From an uncultured Bacilli bacterium (GTDB lineage Bacteria > Bacillota_I > Bacilli_A > RF39 > UBA660): DNA of 57,636 nucleotides. The notes beneath the pieces were generated by a model, which made no database searches, had not been told where the DNA came from, and saw only the letters and a list, made by a program, of their open reading frames with translations. How positions within the stretch are numbered: position 1 is the stretch's first letter; each line of letters starts with the position of its first letter. Made by a program: the position numbers and the translations under genes. Below are positions 46,535 to 56,052 of this stretch, in pieces. The DNA lies in the NCBI GenBank assembly GCA_944332435.1, contig CALVJW010000005.1:1-57636 (forward strand), in the 5' to 3' direction.

Positions 46535-46760
46535 AATGAAAAACGAAAGAAAAGAGTAGTAATGATAGACCTGAGCTTAGAGAAAAAGTGGTTGGTGAAA
46601 ACTTTTGTCATTGATATCATGAACTTGCTTTTCTAGTTGCGAATCTTCGCCGCATGGATAGTAGCGTTAAAACAAAAAAGATAATCAAAGTATTATGAAT
46701 TAAGGTGGTACCACGGTCATACGTCCTTAAATCCATAGTACTTTTTTTGTATGTGGGAGG
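46535..46760 (+). ncRNA. T-box riboswitch (Leu specifier)
   Basis: AGAGA (46579), GGTG (46594), GAA-CTT specifier (46621-46626), and AAGGTGGTACCACG/CGTCCTT antiterminator (46702-46728). Confidence 0.85.
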
Positions 46761-46764
46761 TAAT

Positions 46765-47112
46765 ATGAAACAATTGATCTTATGGCTCTTTTCTTACAGT
46801 ATCGTTTATTTCGTTTATACGATGTTAGTAATAAGAAAAGAAGAAAAATTACAAAAAATGAAAAAAAGTACAGAATTTAATTATTTAAAAAAAGTATATC
46901 ATTTAAAGTTGAATCAATTTGATTTAAAATGGCTTACCAAAAAAGTGATTATGGTAAATTGCTTTATTATTAGTATTACCGTTACACTTGCAAGTTTAGT
47001 AACGAATATGATAGGAATGCTACTGTTAGGATTCATCATCTTATTTCCAAGTATTTTACTTGGTTACCATGTATTAGGAAAATATTTACAGAAGAAAGAA
47101 AGTAGGAGATAA
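46765..47112 (+). CDS. Small membrane protein co-transcribed with leuS
   Basis: ATG at 46765 after GGGAGG. Three hydrophobic segments. Confidence 0.7.
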   Translation: MKQLILWLFSYSIVYFVYTMLVIRKEEKLQKMKKSTEFNYLKKVYHLKLNQFDLKWLTKKVIMVNCFIISITVTLASLVTNMIGMLLLGFIILFPSILLGYHVLGKYLQKKESRR

Positions 47113-47113
47113 T

Positions 47114-49516
47114 ATGTATCAATTTAGTAAAATAGAGAAAAAATGGCAACAATATTGGGAAGAACATAAAACATTCGAAGCATCTAATACAAGTGATAAA
47201 GAGAAATTTTACTACTTAGTAGAGTTTCCTTATCCAAGTGGAGCTGGTCTTCATGTTGGACATGTAAGAAGTTATACAGCACTTGATGCAATGGCACGTA
47301 AAAAAAGAATGATGGGCTATAACGTACTTTATCCAATTGGATGGGATGCATTTGGACTTCCTACAGAACAATATGCAATTAAAAATCATATCCATCCAGT
47401 AGAAGCTACAAAAACGAATATTAAGGTATTTAAAAAACAAATTAAAGACTTAGGAATTTCTTTTGATTGGAGTCGAGAATTTGCAACAACTGATCCTGAT
47501 TATTATAAATGGACACAATGGCAATTTTTACAATTTGTAAAACATGGAATGGCATATAAAGCGAAAACAGAAATTAATTGGTGTCCAAATTGTAAAATTG
47601 GTCTTGCGAATGAAGAAGCAGAAGGTGGCGTTTGTGAACGTTGTGGTGGGCCAGTTACCAAAAAAGAAAAAGAACAATGGATGCTTAAGATGAAAAGTTA
47701 TGCAGATAAATTATTAAAAGGGCTTGATGATACAGAATTTCAAGATCGTATTAAAACTGCACAAATTAATTGGATTGGAAAAAGTGAAGGAGCACTTGTT
47801 AATTTTGGATTAAAGGGATTAGAAGATCAGTTAACGGTGTTTACTACGCGTTGTGATACGTTATACGGTGTTACATTTATGGTAATATCACCAGAACATC
47901 CATATATTGAAAAATATAAAGAACAATTAAATAATTATGATGAAGTTGTAAATTATAGAATAGAAGCAAATAAAAAATCGGAAATTGAACGTACTGATAT
48001 GACAAAAGAAAAAACAGGAGTTAAATTAGATGGGATTGTTGCAATTAATCCGGTTACTGGTAAAGAAATAGAAATTTGGGTAAGTGATTATGTCCTTATG
48101 AATTATGGTACTGGAGCAATTATGGCTGTTCCGGCACATGATGAAAGAGATTATGCTTTTGCAAAAAAATTTAATATTCCAATTATTGAAGTAATTAAAG
48201 GTGGAGATATTACCAAAGAAGCTTACACTGGTGATGGTGAAATGGTAAACTCTGGAGTACTAAATGGAATGACCAAAAAAAGTGAATCAATTTTAAAAAT
48301 GTTAGATTACTTAGAAGAAAAAGGAATTGGACATAAACAAATAAATTATCGTCTTCAAGATTGGGTATTTTCTCGTCAACGTTTCTGGGGTGAACCAATT
48401 CCAATGGTACACTGTGAAACATGTGGTTGGGTACCAGTAAAAGAAGAAGATTTACCAGTTACTTTACCAGACGTCGCATCTTATGAGCCAACGGATAATG
48501 GGGAAAGCCCACTAGCTAAAATAGAAGATTGGGTTAATACGACTTGTCCAAAGTGTGGAAATAAAGCAAGAAGAGAAACTGATACGATGCCAAACTGGGC
48601 TGGATCTAGTTGGTATTACTTACGTTATATGGATTCAAAAAATGACCAGGCGTTTGCTAGTACTGAATCTATGAAATATTGGGGTATGGTAGATTATTAT
48701 AATGGTGGTATGGAACATGCAACAAGACACTTGTTATATGCAAGATTCTGGCATCGTTTCTTATATGACCAAGGATTAGTACCATTTCCTGAACCATTTA
48801 AAAAACGTGTTGCCCATGGTATGATACTAGGTGCCAATGGTGAAAAAATGAGTAAGAGTAAAGGAAACGTAGTTAATCCAGATGATATGGTTTGTGAATA
48901 TGGTGCCGATGCGCTTCGAACTTATGAAATGTTTATTGGCGATTATACATCAGATGCGGCATGGAGTGAAAATGGATTAAAAGGATGTAAACGTTTCTTA
49001 GACCGTGTTTATCGCTTGAAAGATCATGTAACAGAAGAAGAAACTTATACACCTAGTTTAGAAATAATCATCAATCAAACCATTAAAAAAGTAGATGAAG
49101 ATTTAGATAATATGAAATATAACACAGCAGTATCTGCTTTAATGATATTATTAAATGAATTTGAAGCACAAGAAAAAATCACAAAAAAAGATTATCATAC
49201 TTTCTTACAATTATTAAATCCAATCGCTCCACATATTACAGAAGAATTAAATGAATTATGTGGGTATAAAACAACGATTTCCGATACTCCTTGGCCAAGT
49301 TATGATCCAAATAAATTAGAAAATAATACCTTCCAATTAGTAGTACAAGTAAATGGAAAAGTACGTGGAAAAATAGAAGTACATACGAATACGACGAAAG
49401 AAGAAATGGAAAAACTTGCTTTCCAAATTGAGAATGTAAAAACATTTACAGATGGAAAAGAAATTGTCAAGGTAATTACAATACCAAAGAAATTAGTAAA
49501 TATTGTTGTAAAATAA
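47114..49516 (+). CDS. leuS: Leucyl-tRNA synthetase
   Basis: FPYPSGAGLHVGH, KMSKS and editing-domain GTGAIMAVPAHD. Confidence 0.97.
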   Translation: MYQFSKIEKKWQQYWEEHKTFEASNTSDKEKFYYLVEFPYPSGAGLHVGHVRSYTALDAMARKKRMMGYNVLYPIGWDAFGLPTEQYAIKNHIHPVEATKTNIKVFKKQIKDLGISFDWSREFATTDPDYYKWTQWQFLQFVKHGMAYKAKTEINWCPNCKIGLANEEAEGGVCERCGGPVTKKEKEQWMLKMKSYADKLLKGLDDTEFQDRIKTAQINWIGKSEGALVNFGLKGLEDQLTVFTTRCDTLYGVTFMVISPEHPYIEKYKEQLNNYDEVVNYRIEANKKSEIERTDMTKEKTGVKLDGIVAINPVTGKEIEIWVSDYVLMNYGTGAIMAVPAHDERDYAFAKKFNIPIIEVIKGGDITKEAYTGDGEMVNSGVLNGMTKKSESILKMLDYLEEKGIGHKQINYRLQDWVFSRQRFWGEPIPMVHCETCGWVPVKEEDLPVTLPDVASYEPTDNGESPLAKIEDWVNTTCPKCGNKARRETDTMPNWAGSSWYYLRYMDSKNDQAFASTESMKYWGMVDYYNGGMEHATRHLLYARFWHRFLYDQGLVPFPEPFKKRVAHGMILGANGEKMSKSKGNVVNPDDMVCEYGADALRTYEMFIGDYTSDAAWSENGLKGCKRFLDRVYRLKDHVTEEETYTPSLEIIINQTIKKVDEDLDNMKYNTAVSALMILLNEFEAQEKITKKDYHTFLQLLNPIAPHITEELNELCGYKTTISDTPWPSYDPNKLENNTFQLVVQVNGKVRGKIEVHTNTTKEEMEKLAFQIENVKTFTDGKEIVKVITIPKKLVNIVVK

Positions 49517-49545
49517 AAGGAATGATTATTAGTCATTCCTTTTTT
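49515..49545. terminator. Bidirectional terminator
   Basis: aaaaggaatga-ttattag-tcattcctttttt. Confidence 0.85.
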
Positions 49546-50773
49546 ATCCATAAATTCCTTTTAACATATTAGATACTGCTGCATATACATAAGATATTCT
49601 ATACCAAGTTGCAAAATTAACAATTCCTGTTACGGGAAGATTAAAGACACTTTGAAATTTTTTGACTGCTGCTACTGTGTCTGTTCCAAATATACCATTG
49701 GCATTTTTAATAGCAGGAATTGCTGGATAACTACCACGTATTTTATTGAGGGCATTTTGTAGTTGTCTAACTTCTTCCCCACAGGCACCTTCACTTAAAT
49801 TATAGCCAGGAAAAGAAGTAGGAAGATTATCGACTAATTCGGCTGTTTTTAATTCAATTGTATTCCCATAATAATATCTTACGATTTGTAATGAATGATA
49901 TCCTTGATCACCTAATGATTTAGACCCCCATTGACTAAGCCATCCTTTTCTAATTACATTTTTACCATCACAGTATTGTGCTAAAAAAGGATAACCACGA
50001 TCAGGAAAAGTTAAATATTCCATAAATACTTCATCAACGGCATTAGAAATCGTATCAAAAATAGTTCTATTATGAGTATATTTTTGATCATATGCAGTAG
50101 AAGAAGTAATCGTAAAATTATATCCCTTTGATAAATACCATTCTGTATAAATACGGTTTAATGTAAAAGATACAATCGCATGAATATTTGCTTTTAATGT
50201 TTCCTTTGGCCAACTTGGATATATTTCTGAACAAGTTACATTTTTAATATAATCCGTAAATGTTACATAATAATTAGGTGCTGATGTATCACTAGGAATA
50301 CCATCATGTACAATAATATATCCAGGTATAATTACTTTTGGTAATACTTTTCCCTCTGGATTTAAGTTATCAGGATTTTCAATAATTTTAGGATCTCCAT
50401 TTTCCCATAAAGTAGGAGGAGTAATGATTGTTATATTTCTACCATATCCTTCTTGTGATGTATGAAAGAATACATCTTGATATGATTCAATCCCATCATA
50501 AATTTGTACACCAACAATGGAACTGATGCCAAGACCTTCTTTCGTAACAGTAATATTGTAAGTACTAAACGGTTGTATTTCTGTTTGTGGTTCTAAAGAA
50601 TAATTTTTATCTGGGGCATCTAATTCTATGATTTTTGTTTTCCCAGATTGGTCTGTTATAAGATCAATTTCCGTATTATTCCCACTAATATGAACCTTTG
50701 CCCCTTGAATAGGCTCTGCAATATTATCAACAAAAACACTTACAACTAAGCGACCTTTTGCCATATCTTTCAA
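49544..50773 (-). CDS. sleC: SleC-like spore cortex-lytic enzyme (SpoIID-like catalytic domain plus PG-binding domain)
   Basis: IIVHDG.P, DYIKNV..SEIY..WP, FTLNRIYTEWY, ITSSTAYD and QWGSK.LGDQGY. Confidence 0.82.
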   Translation of the reverse strand: MKDMAKGRLVVSVFVDNIAEPIQGAKVHISGNNTEIDLITDQSGKTKIIELDAPDKNYSLEPQTEIQPFSTYNITVTKEGLGISSIVGVQIYDGIESYQDVFFHTSQEGYGRNITIITPPTLWENGDPKIIENPDNLNPEGKVLPKVIIPGYIIVHDGIPSDTSAPNYYVTFTDYIKNVTCSEIYPSWPKETLKANIHAIVSFTLNRIYTEWYLSKGYNFTITSSTAYDQKYTHNRTIFDTISNAVDEVFMEYLTFPDRGYPFLAQYCDGKNVIRKGWLSQWGSKSLGDQGYHSLQIVRYYYGNTIELKTAELVDNLPTSFPGYNLSEGACGEEVRQLQNALNKIRGSYPAIPAIKNANGIFGTDTVAAVKKFQSVFNLPVTGIVNFATWYRISYVYAAVSNMLKGIYG

Positions 50774-50793
50774 ATCCTTTCTACTATCAATTT

Positions 50794-50820
50794 ATTATAT
50801 GTTTTATATAAAATAATTAT
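50794..50820 (-). promoter_or_regulatory. Putative SigE promoter for sleC
   Basis: On the minus strand ATA-16 bp-CATATAAT. AT-rich context, so a chance match is possible. Confidence 0.4.
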
Positions 50821-50879
50821 CAATCTAAGAGAAACATATTTTATATTTTTAATATAATGATAGTAATGGAGGCGTTTTT

Positions 50880-51635
50880 ATGAATAATGAATTAGAAGCA
50901 AAGCAATTAGTATTTCGGTATCCACCATTAGAAGAGGGGAGTACAGGAAATGAGGTTATTATCTTACAAGAAAAATTGAAATTATTAGGTGATTATGATG
51001 CTAGTATTACTGGTAGTTTTGGACCTCGTACTACAGAATCAGTAAAAAGATTTCAGCAAGATCAAAGGTTAGAACCAACAGGAGTAGTTGGGAAAGATAC
51101 TTGGGAAGCATTATTTCGTCTAACGAATAATATGTTGCCAGCTAGTAAAATACAGACAAAACCAACACTTCGCCTTGGCAGTAGTGGGCCATATGTTATC
51201 GAACTACAGAGAATTTTAACGGATTTATTGTATTATAAGGGACCAATTAATGGAATTTTTGATTCTAGTGTACAAACTGCGGTAAAGTCATTTCAAAGTA
51301 TCAACCATTTAACTGCTGATGGAATTGTTGGAAGAGATACTTGGAGTGCACTAGATACGCTTTATTCACCACTGGCAATTTGTGAAGGAGAAACAGGAGA
51401 GGAAAATACGATTTCTTACACTGTTGTAGCAGGGGATAGTTTATGGAGTATTGCCAAAAAATTTGGTACAACCGTTGATGAAATCAAACGATTGAATAAT
51501 TTAACAAATGACACCATTTTTATCGGTCAAGTATTAAAAATTCCGGTAAAGGGAGAGTCTATCCCGCCACAAGATATATCTACTTATACTGTTGTAGCAG
51601 GGGATACGCTTTTTATGGGGAATAATGAGTATTAA
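50880..51635 (+). CDS. PG-binding x2 plus LysM protein, interrupted in its second LysM repeat by an integrated element
   Basis: Two PG_binding_1 domains and a full LysM (YTVVAGDSLWSIAKKF). The second LysM breaks off after YTVVAGDTL. Confidence 0.9.
   Translation: MNNELEAKQLVFRYPPLEEGSTGNEVIILQEKLKLLGDYDASITGSFGPRTTESVKRFQQDQRLEPTGVVGKDTWEALFRLTNNMLPASKIQTKPTLRLGSSGPYVIELQRILTDLLYYKGPINGIFDSSVQTAVKSFQSINHLTADGIVGRDTWSALDTLYSPLAICEGETGEENTISYTVVAGDSLWSIAKKFGTTVDEIKRLNNLTNDTIFIGQVLKIPVKGESIPPQDISTYTVVAGDTLFMGNNEY
51586..51617 (+). repeat. attL of the serine-recombinase element
   Basis: Host arm ...gttgtagca, core GG (51600-51601), element arm ggatacgctttttatg. Confidence 0.85.
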
Positions 51636-51660
51636 ATTAAATTTTATATATAAAACATTG

Positions 51661-51696
51661 CTTAAGTTTTCCCAACTTAAGTTTTTTTGGTATAAT
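51661..51696 (+). terminator. Element-borne terminator overlapping the cargo promoter
   Basis: cttaagtt-ttccc-aacttaag plus T run, then TGgTATAAT. Confidence 0.65.
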
Positions 51697-51724
51697 TTAA
51701 TTATCAAGAACTTTTGAAAGGAGT

Positions 51725-52138
51725 ATGATTTTTATGGAAGTAAAATTAAGTGAAGTAATTGATGCCCTATACTTTACAAACGATGAAATTGAATACTATT
51801 ATAATCCAACTAATGGAGAAATATTTATGTCAAATATTGGAGATTATGAAAACTTAAATGAAGATGAATTGGATGAACTATTTGAAAAATCTATTATGTT
51901 ACCCACTAGATATGACATTAATGAATATGAAATGATGGAAGATTTTGTAGAAACTATTGAAGATATTAGACTTCAAAATCAACTATATATTTCTCTAAAT
52001 GGTAGTGGTGCATTTAGAAGGTTTAAAGATACTTGCATTAATTCTGATATTATTAACGATTGGTATAAATTTAGAGATGAAAAATATAAAGAAATTGCTA
52101 TAAATTGGTGCAAAGAGAATAATATCAAATTTGAATAG
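51725..52138 (+). CDS. UPF0158-family protein
   Basis: LP...INEYEMMEDF...G.GAFRRFKD...W....A..WC. Confidence 0.82.
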   Translation: MIFMEVKLSEVIDALYFTNDEIEYYYNPTNGEIFMSNIGDYENLNEDELDELFEKSIMLPTRYDINEYEMMEDFVETIEDIRLQNQLYISLNGSGAFRRFKDTCINSDIINDWYKFRDEKYKEIAINWCKENNIKFE

Positions 52139-52148
52139 GAGATGAATA

Positions 52149-53705
52149 ATGAAGAAGCTTTTAAGAAATTATGATTTTGAAGATTATTTTGACTCACTTA
52201 TACTATCTCGTGGAAAAAGTTACTATAAAGAAAATAGAATATTAGATATTTGGTGCCAACAAGACTTAGTAACTGCTTATATTGATGGCTCTGAAATATA
52301 TAGAATTGAAATAAGAGCAAATGATAAGGAGTTGAATAATTTTTATTGTTCCTGTCCATATTCAGAAGATGGTGAATACATGTGCAAACATATTGCTGCT
52401 GTGCTTTATTATTTAGAAGAAAATGATATTCCAGAATTAGAAATTTCAAATAGAAAGAAAGTAAAAAAAGAAAAAGACAAATCCGAGCTTTCTAAAATAT
52501 ATGATGAAATGAATTATAAATTAAGAAAAATAAGTGATAGAAATGGTTTTGTTAATTATTATAATGGAAGATACTTTGTAGATTTAATTTCTAATGTATC
52601 TGATTACATAGATGATTTTATAGATAACGAAGAATATAACAATGCTTTTGAACTAATCAAATATACATATAGATTTATAAAGGATACTTCTATGGACGGT
52701 TCTAATGGTGAATTTCAAGATTCATTATATTTAATTAATGAAAGTGTAAGTAAACTTTTATATAATGATGAGTATTTTGATATCTTTTTAGATTATACTG
52801 AAGATATAGCATTAAATAATACTCTAGATGATTTTTCTGATTCCCCATTGCATGCATTTATCCTTTATGTTCATGATAACGGTTCAGCTAAAAAAGTTGT
52901 TAAAATACTAGATGAAATTGAGTTGAACACTTATGGAATATTTGTTAGTCAAATTTTAGATAAAATATCATTAACTTATGATTTCATTGATAAAAATGAT
53001 GCTATAAAAATGTGCTATGAAAGTATTGAACATTGTGGAGTAAAAGAATTATTAATTAAGTATTTAAAAAATGATAATAAAATAGATGAAGTAATACGAA
53101 TACTAAAAAATGATATTAAAAATCATGTAAGAAAAGATATGGCTTATGACAAATTACTAGATATTTATGATGAATATGGTAAATTAGAAGAAAAGAAAAA
53201 ATTACTGCCGGAAGTTATAGTAGAAACAAATAGTTTTGCAAGATATAAGGAACTAAAAGATATGTATAGTGATTCTGAATGGAATTCTGTAAAAGAAAAA
53301 ATAATTTCTAAAATTAGACCTAATAATAAGGATATTTTAGAAGATATTTATATGGAAGAGAATGAAACTAATAAATTATTTGAATTATTGAAGAAAAATC
53401 CTAGTTTGTATAGATTAGCAAAATATCAAGATGCAGTAAAAGATAAATATAGTAAAGAATTATTAAATTTTTATAAACCACAAATAATTGAAGAGTCAAA
53501 AAGAGTATTAGATAGAAAATGGTATCAAGAATTATGTCTCTATATTAGAAAAATGAAAGAACTTGATAATTCTGATGATTTTATCTTTGATATGTTAAAG
53601 GAAATGTATCCTAATTATAGGAGTAAACGAGCATTTAAAGAAGAAATAATGAATGTTTTAAGTCCTAAAAATAAACAAAGGTTTTATGAATTAATAGAAA
53701 AATAG
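52149..53705 (+). CDS. SWIM zinc-finger protein with helical C-terminus
   Basis: RGKSYY...CSCPY......CKHIAAVL. Confidence 0.85.
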   Translation: MKKLLRNYDFEDYFDSLILSRGKSYYKENRILDIWCQQDLVTAYIDGSEIYRIEIRANDKELNNFYCSCPYSEDGEYMCKHIAAVLYYLEENDIPELEISNRKKVKKEKDKSELSKIYDEMNYKLRKISDRNGFVNYYNGRYFVDLISNVSDYIDDFIDNEEYNNAFELIKYTYRFIKDTSMDGSNGEFQDSLYLINESVSKLLYNDEYFDIFLDYTEDIALNNTLDDFSDSPLHAFILYVHDNGSAKKVVKILDEIELNTYGIFVSQILDKISLTYDFIDKNDAIKMCYESIEHCGVKELLIKYLKNDNKIDEVIRILKNDIKNHVRKDMAYDKLLDIYDEYGKLEEKKKLLPEVIVETNSFARYKELKDMYSDSEWNSVKEKIISKIRPNNKDILEDIYMEENETNKLFELLKKNPSLYRLAKYQDAVKDKYSKELLNFYKPQIIEESKRVLDRKWYQELCLYIRKMKELDNSDDFIFDMLKEMYPNYRSKRAFKEEIMNVLSPKNKQRFYELIEK

Positions 53706-53720
53706 AAAGTTGGTGAAATC

Positions 53721-54698
53721 TTGAAAAACAATATAATTATATATATATCAAAAGATGGTAATGTAAAAGTTGATGTTAATGTACAAAATGAAGATATTTG
53801 GATGAGTCAAGATGTAATGGCTAATCTTTATGATACAACTAAAAATAATATTTCAATACACCTAAAAAATATTTTTGATGAAGGTGAGTTAGAAAAAGAT
53901 TCAGTTGTTAAGAAATTCTTAACAACTGCCAGTGATGGCAAAAATTACAATGTTTTACACTATAATTTAGATGCTATCATTGCTGTAGGTTATAGAATAA
54001 ACTCTAAAAAAGCAACTGAATTTAGAATATGGGCAACTAGAGTTTTAAAAGAATACATGGTTAAAGGTTTTGCCTTAAATGATGAGAGATTAAGAAATAA
54101 TGGAGGTAGTCCTTACTTTGAAGAATTATTAGCTAGAATTCGTGATATTAGATCTTCTGAAAAAATATTTTGGAGAAAAGTGTTGGATATTTATGCGACT
54201 TCAATTGATTACAATCCTAAAGATAATTTATCAATAGACTTTTTCAAAACTGTACAAAACAAAATGCATTATGCTACACATGGCAACACAGCAGCCGAGG
54301 TAATATTTACACGAGTTGATTCTAATAAAGAAAATTTAGGACTTACTAATTTTAAAGGTAATTATCCAACAAAAAGTGAAACTGAAATTGCTAAAAACTA
54401 TTTAACTGAGGAAGAGCTTAATACTCTAAATAGAATGGTATCAGCTTATTTGGATATTGCAGAAATTAATGCTTTAGATAGACATCCCATGACAATGAAA
54501 GATTGGGTTAATGAGTTAGATTCATTTTTAAAGATGACAAGAAAAGATATTTTAAAAGATAACGGAAAAATATCACATGAAGAAGCGTTAAAAAAAGCAC
54601 ATGAAGAATATGATAAATATATGCAAAAGCATTTAACTACTGCCGAACAAGATTACTTAGAAATACTAAATAAAGAAATAGAAGAAATCAATAAATAA
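53721..54698 (+). CDS. RhuM-family (virulence RhuM) DNA-binding protein
   Basis: YNLDAIIAVGYRINS, FRIWAT, ELLARIRDIRSSE and IAKNYL. Confidence 0.9.
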   Translation: MKNNIIIYISKDGNVKVDVNVQNEDIWMSQDVMANLYDTTKNNISIHLKNIFDEGELEKDSVVKKFLTTASDGKNYNVLHYNLDAIIAVGYRINSKKATEFRIWATRVLKEYMVKGFALNDERLRNNGGSPYFEELLARIRDIRSSEKIFWRKVLDIYATSIDYNPKDNLSIDFFKTVQNKMHYATHGNTAAEVIFTRVDSNKENLGLTNFKGNYPTKSETEIAKNYLTEEELNTLNRMVSAYLDIAEINALDRHPMTMKDWVNELDSFLKMTRKDILKDNGKISHEEALKKAHEEYDKYMQKHLTTAEQDYLEILNKEIEEINK

Positions 54699-54702
54699 TA
54701 GG

Positions 54703-55428
54703 TTGGTGATAATAGTGAGAAAAGTTTTAAAAACGAATTTGTGTAAAATAAATTATTCACAGAGTTTAGAAAAATTAGCAGAAGCAACTATCCAATTACT
54801 TGATAAAAAGATAATTGAATACAGATTGTTTTTTGAATCACCTATTAGTGAACAGATAGTTGTTAATTACTTTGATACTGTAGAAGAGTTTAGAGAATTT
54901 ATATATGAAATTAGAGGTGAAAGAGATTCATTACCTGAATATGCTAGAGGAACTTATGATAATGGAATGGTTAATGCATGTGTAAATCCTAAATTTCAGT
55001 TAAAAAGGTTATATACTGCTAGTCATGAGTTGTTTCATATTTTGTATATGCAATATATATTAAATAATGATTATTCAAAAAGAATAGTTTGGTATGATGA
55101 AGGCATGGCACAATTTATGTCGGGAGAAAAAGATTCGTTGAATGACGACGGCATTTTTAAAGAATTTTATTTGAAAGTAAGAGAAGAAACAAAAGTAATC
55201 CCTCAGTTGAATAGCTTAGAACATGGGAATTCTTTTATTAATGAAGCTTATAATGGCTATGACCTAAGTTATTTATCTATAAAGTATTTATCAGAGATGT
55301 TAAGTGTTGAACAATTTAAAGGTTTAATGTCTGATTTTTCAAAGATTAGTCAATATGGAGATGATATAATTCAGAAAATGTTTAGTTATTATGATGCAAA
55401 GTTAGAAAACGAAATTGTAAAAAAATAA
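54703..55428 (+). CDS. Putative zinc metallopeptidase (gluzincin/MA-like)
   Basis: HELFH followed by WYDEGMAQF. Confidence 0.65.
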   Translation: MVIIVRKVLKTNLCKINYSQSLEKLAEATIQLLDKKIIEYRLFFESPISEQIVVNYFDTVEEFREFIYEIRGERDSLPEYARGTYDNGMVNACVNPKFQLKRLYTASHELFHILYMQYILNNDYSKRIVWYDEGMAQFMSGEKDSLNDDGIFKEFYLKVREETKVIPQLNSLEHGNSFINEAYNGYDLSYLSIKYLSEMLSVEQFKGLMSDFSKISQYGDDIIQKMFSYYDAKLENEIVKK

Positions 55429-55432
55429 ATTT

Positions 55433-55670
55433 AATCATCTTATAAAATTTAGTGAAAACTAGAAATTAGGATGATTTTTTGTGCTATAAATTATTCTTAT
55501 TATTAGGTTTATCCTATATATCATCCTACAAATTAGGATGAATTTCGTAAGTACGAAATAAGAATGGTGCATATATGAACCCTTATTTTATAAGGAAAAG
55601 CGAGTGTATATGCACCATCTTCTTATCCTGCTAATCAGTAATTAATTAATTTTTTTGAATTTTAGGATAA
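55433..55670. repeat. Cluster of inverted repeats and TAGGAT motifs
   Basis: At least four adjacent hairpins in non-coding DNA. Confidence 0.75.
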
Positions 55671-55698
55671 TATAAAAAATTAACAATAAAAATATAAC

Positions 55699-55727
55699 TT
55701 GACTCCCATATTTTAAAGAGGTATCAT
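55699..55727 (+). promoter_or_regulatory. sigma-A-type promoter for the recombinase operon
   Basis: TTGACT-17-TATCAT. Confidence 0.55.
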
Positions 55728-55872
55728 CCATGCAAAAGGAGATGATGCTTATGAAAAATATAATGGAGGAATATGAAGTTAAGTAATATTTTTGAGTATG
55801 TAATATGCATACCAAATAATATTACTAAAATTAAAGTTAATGCCATAGGTTTAAATGGAGGTAATAAACTCT

Positions 55873-56052
55873 ATGGTTGAATACAAAGTTAATTTAAAGT
55901 TTAAAGAAAATGGAAAATCTTTAAACGAAACAATAACTGAAGTATTAAAAATTGAATTACAAAAAAAGATTAATAAGACTTGTAATATTTTAAATTTAGA
56001 GCTACCATTCAATCATACTCATTATTTCCAAAAGGAAAGGAGAAATAATTAA
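55873..56052 (+). CDS. Small protein coupled to the recombinase (candidate directionality factor or regulator)
   Basis: GGAGG SD. TAATG overlap with the recombinase start. Confidence 0.55.
   Translation: MVEYKVNLKFKENGKSLNETITEVLKIELQKKINKTCNILNLELPFNHTHYFQKERRNN

Noticed and set aside
52139-54715. Integron-like cassette repeats between cargo genes (gttggtga at ~53709 and ~54702)
   Set aside because: Explained by the GGTGA-type SD used across this genome. No attC-like hairpins.
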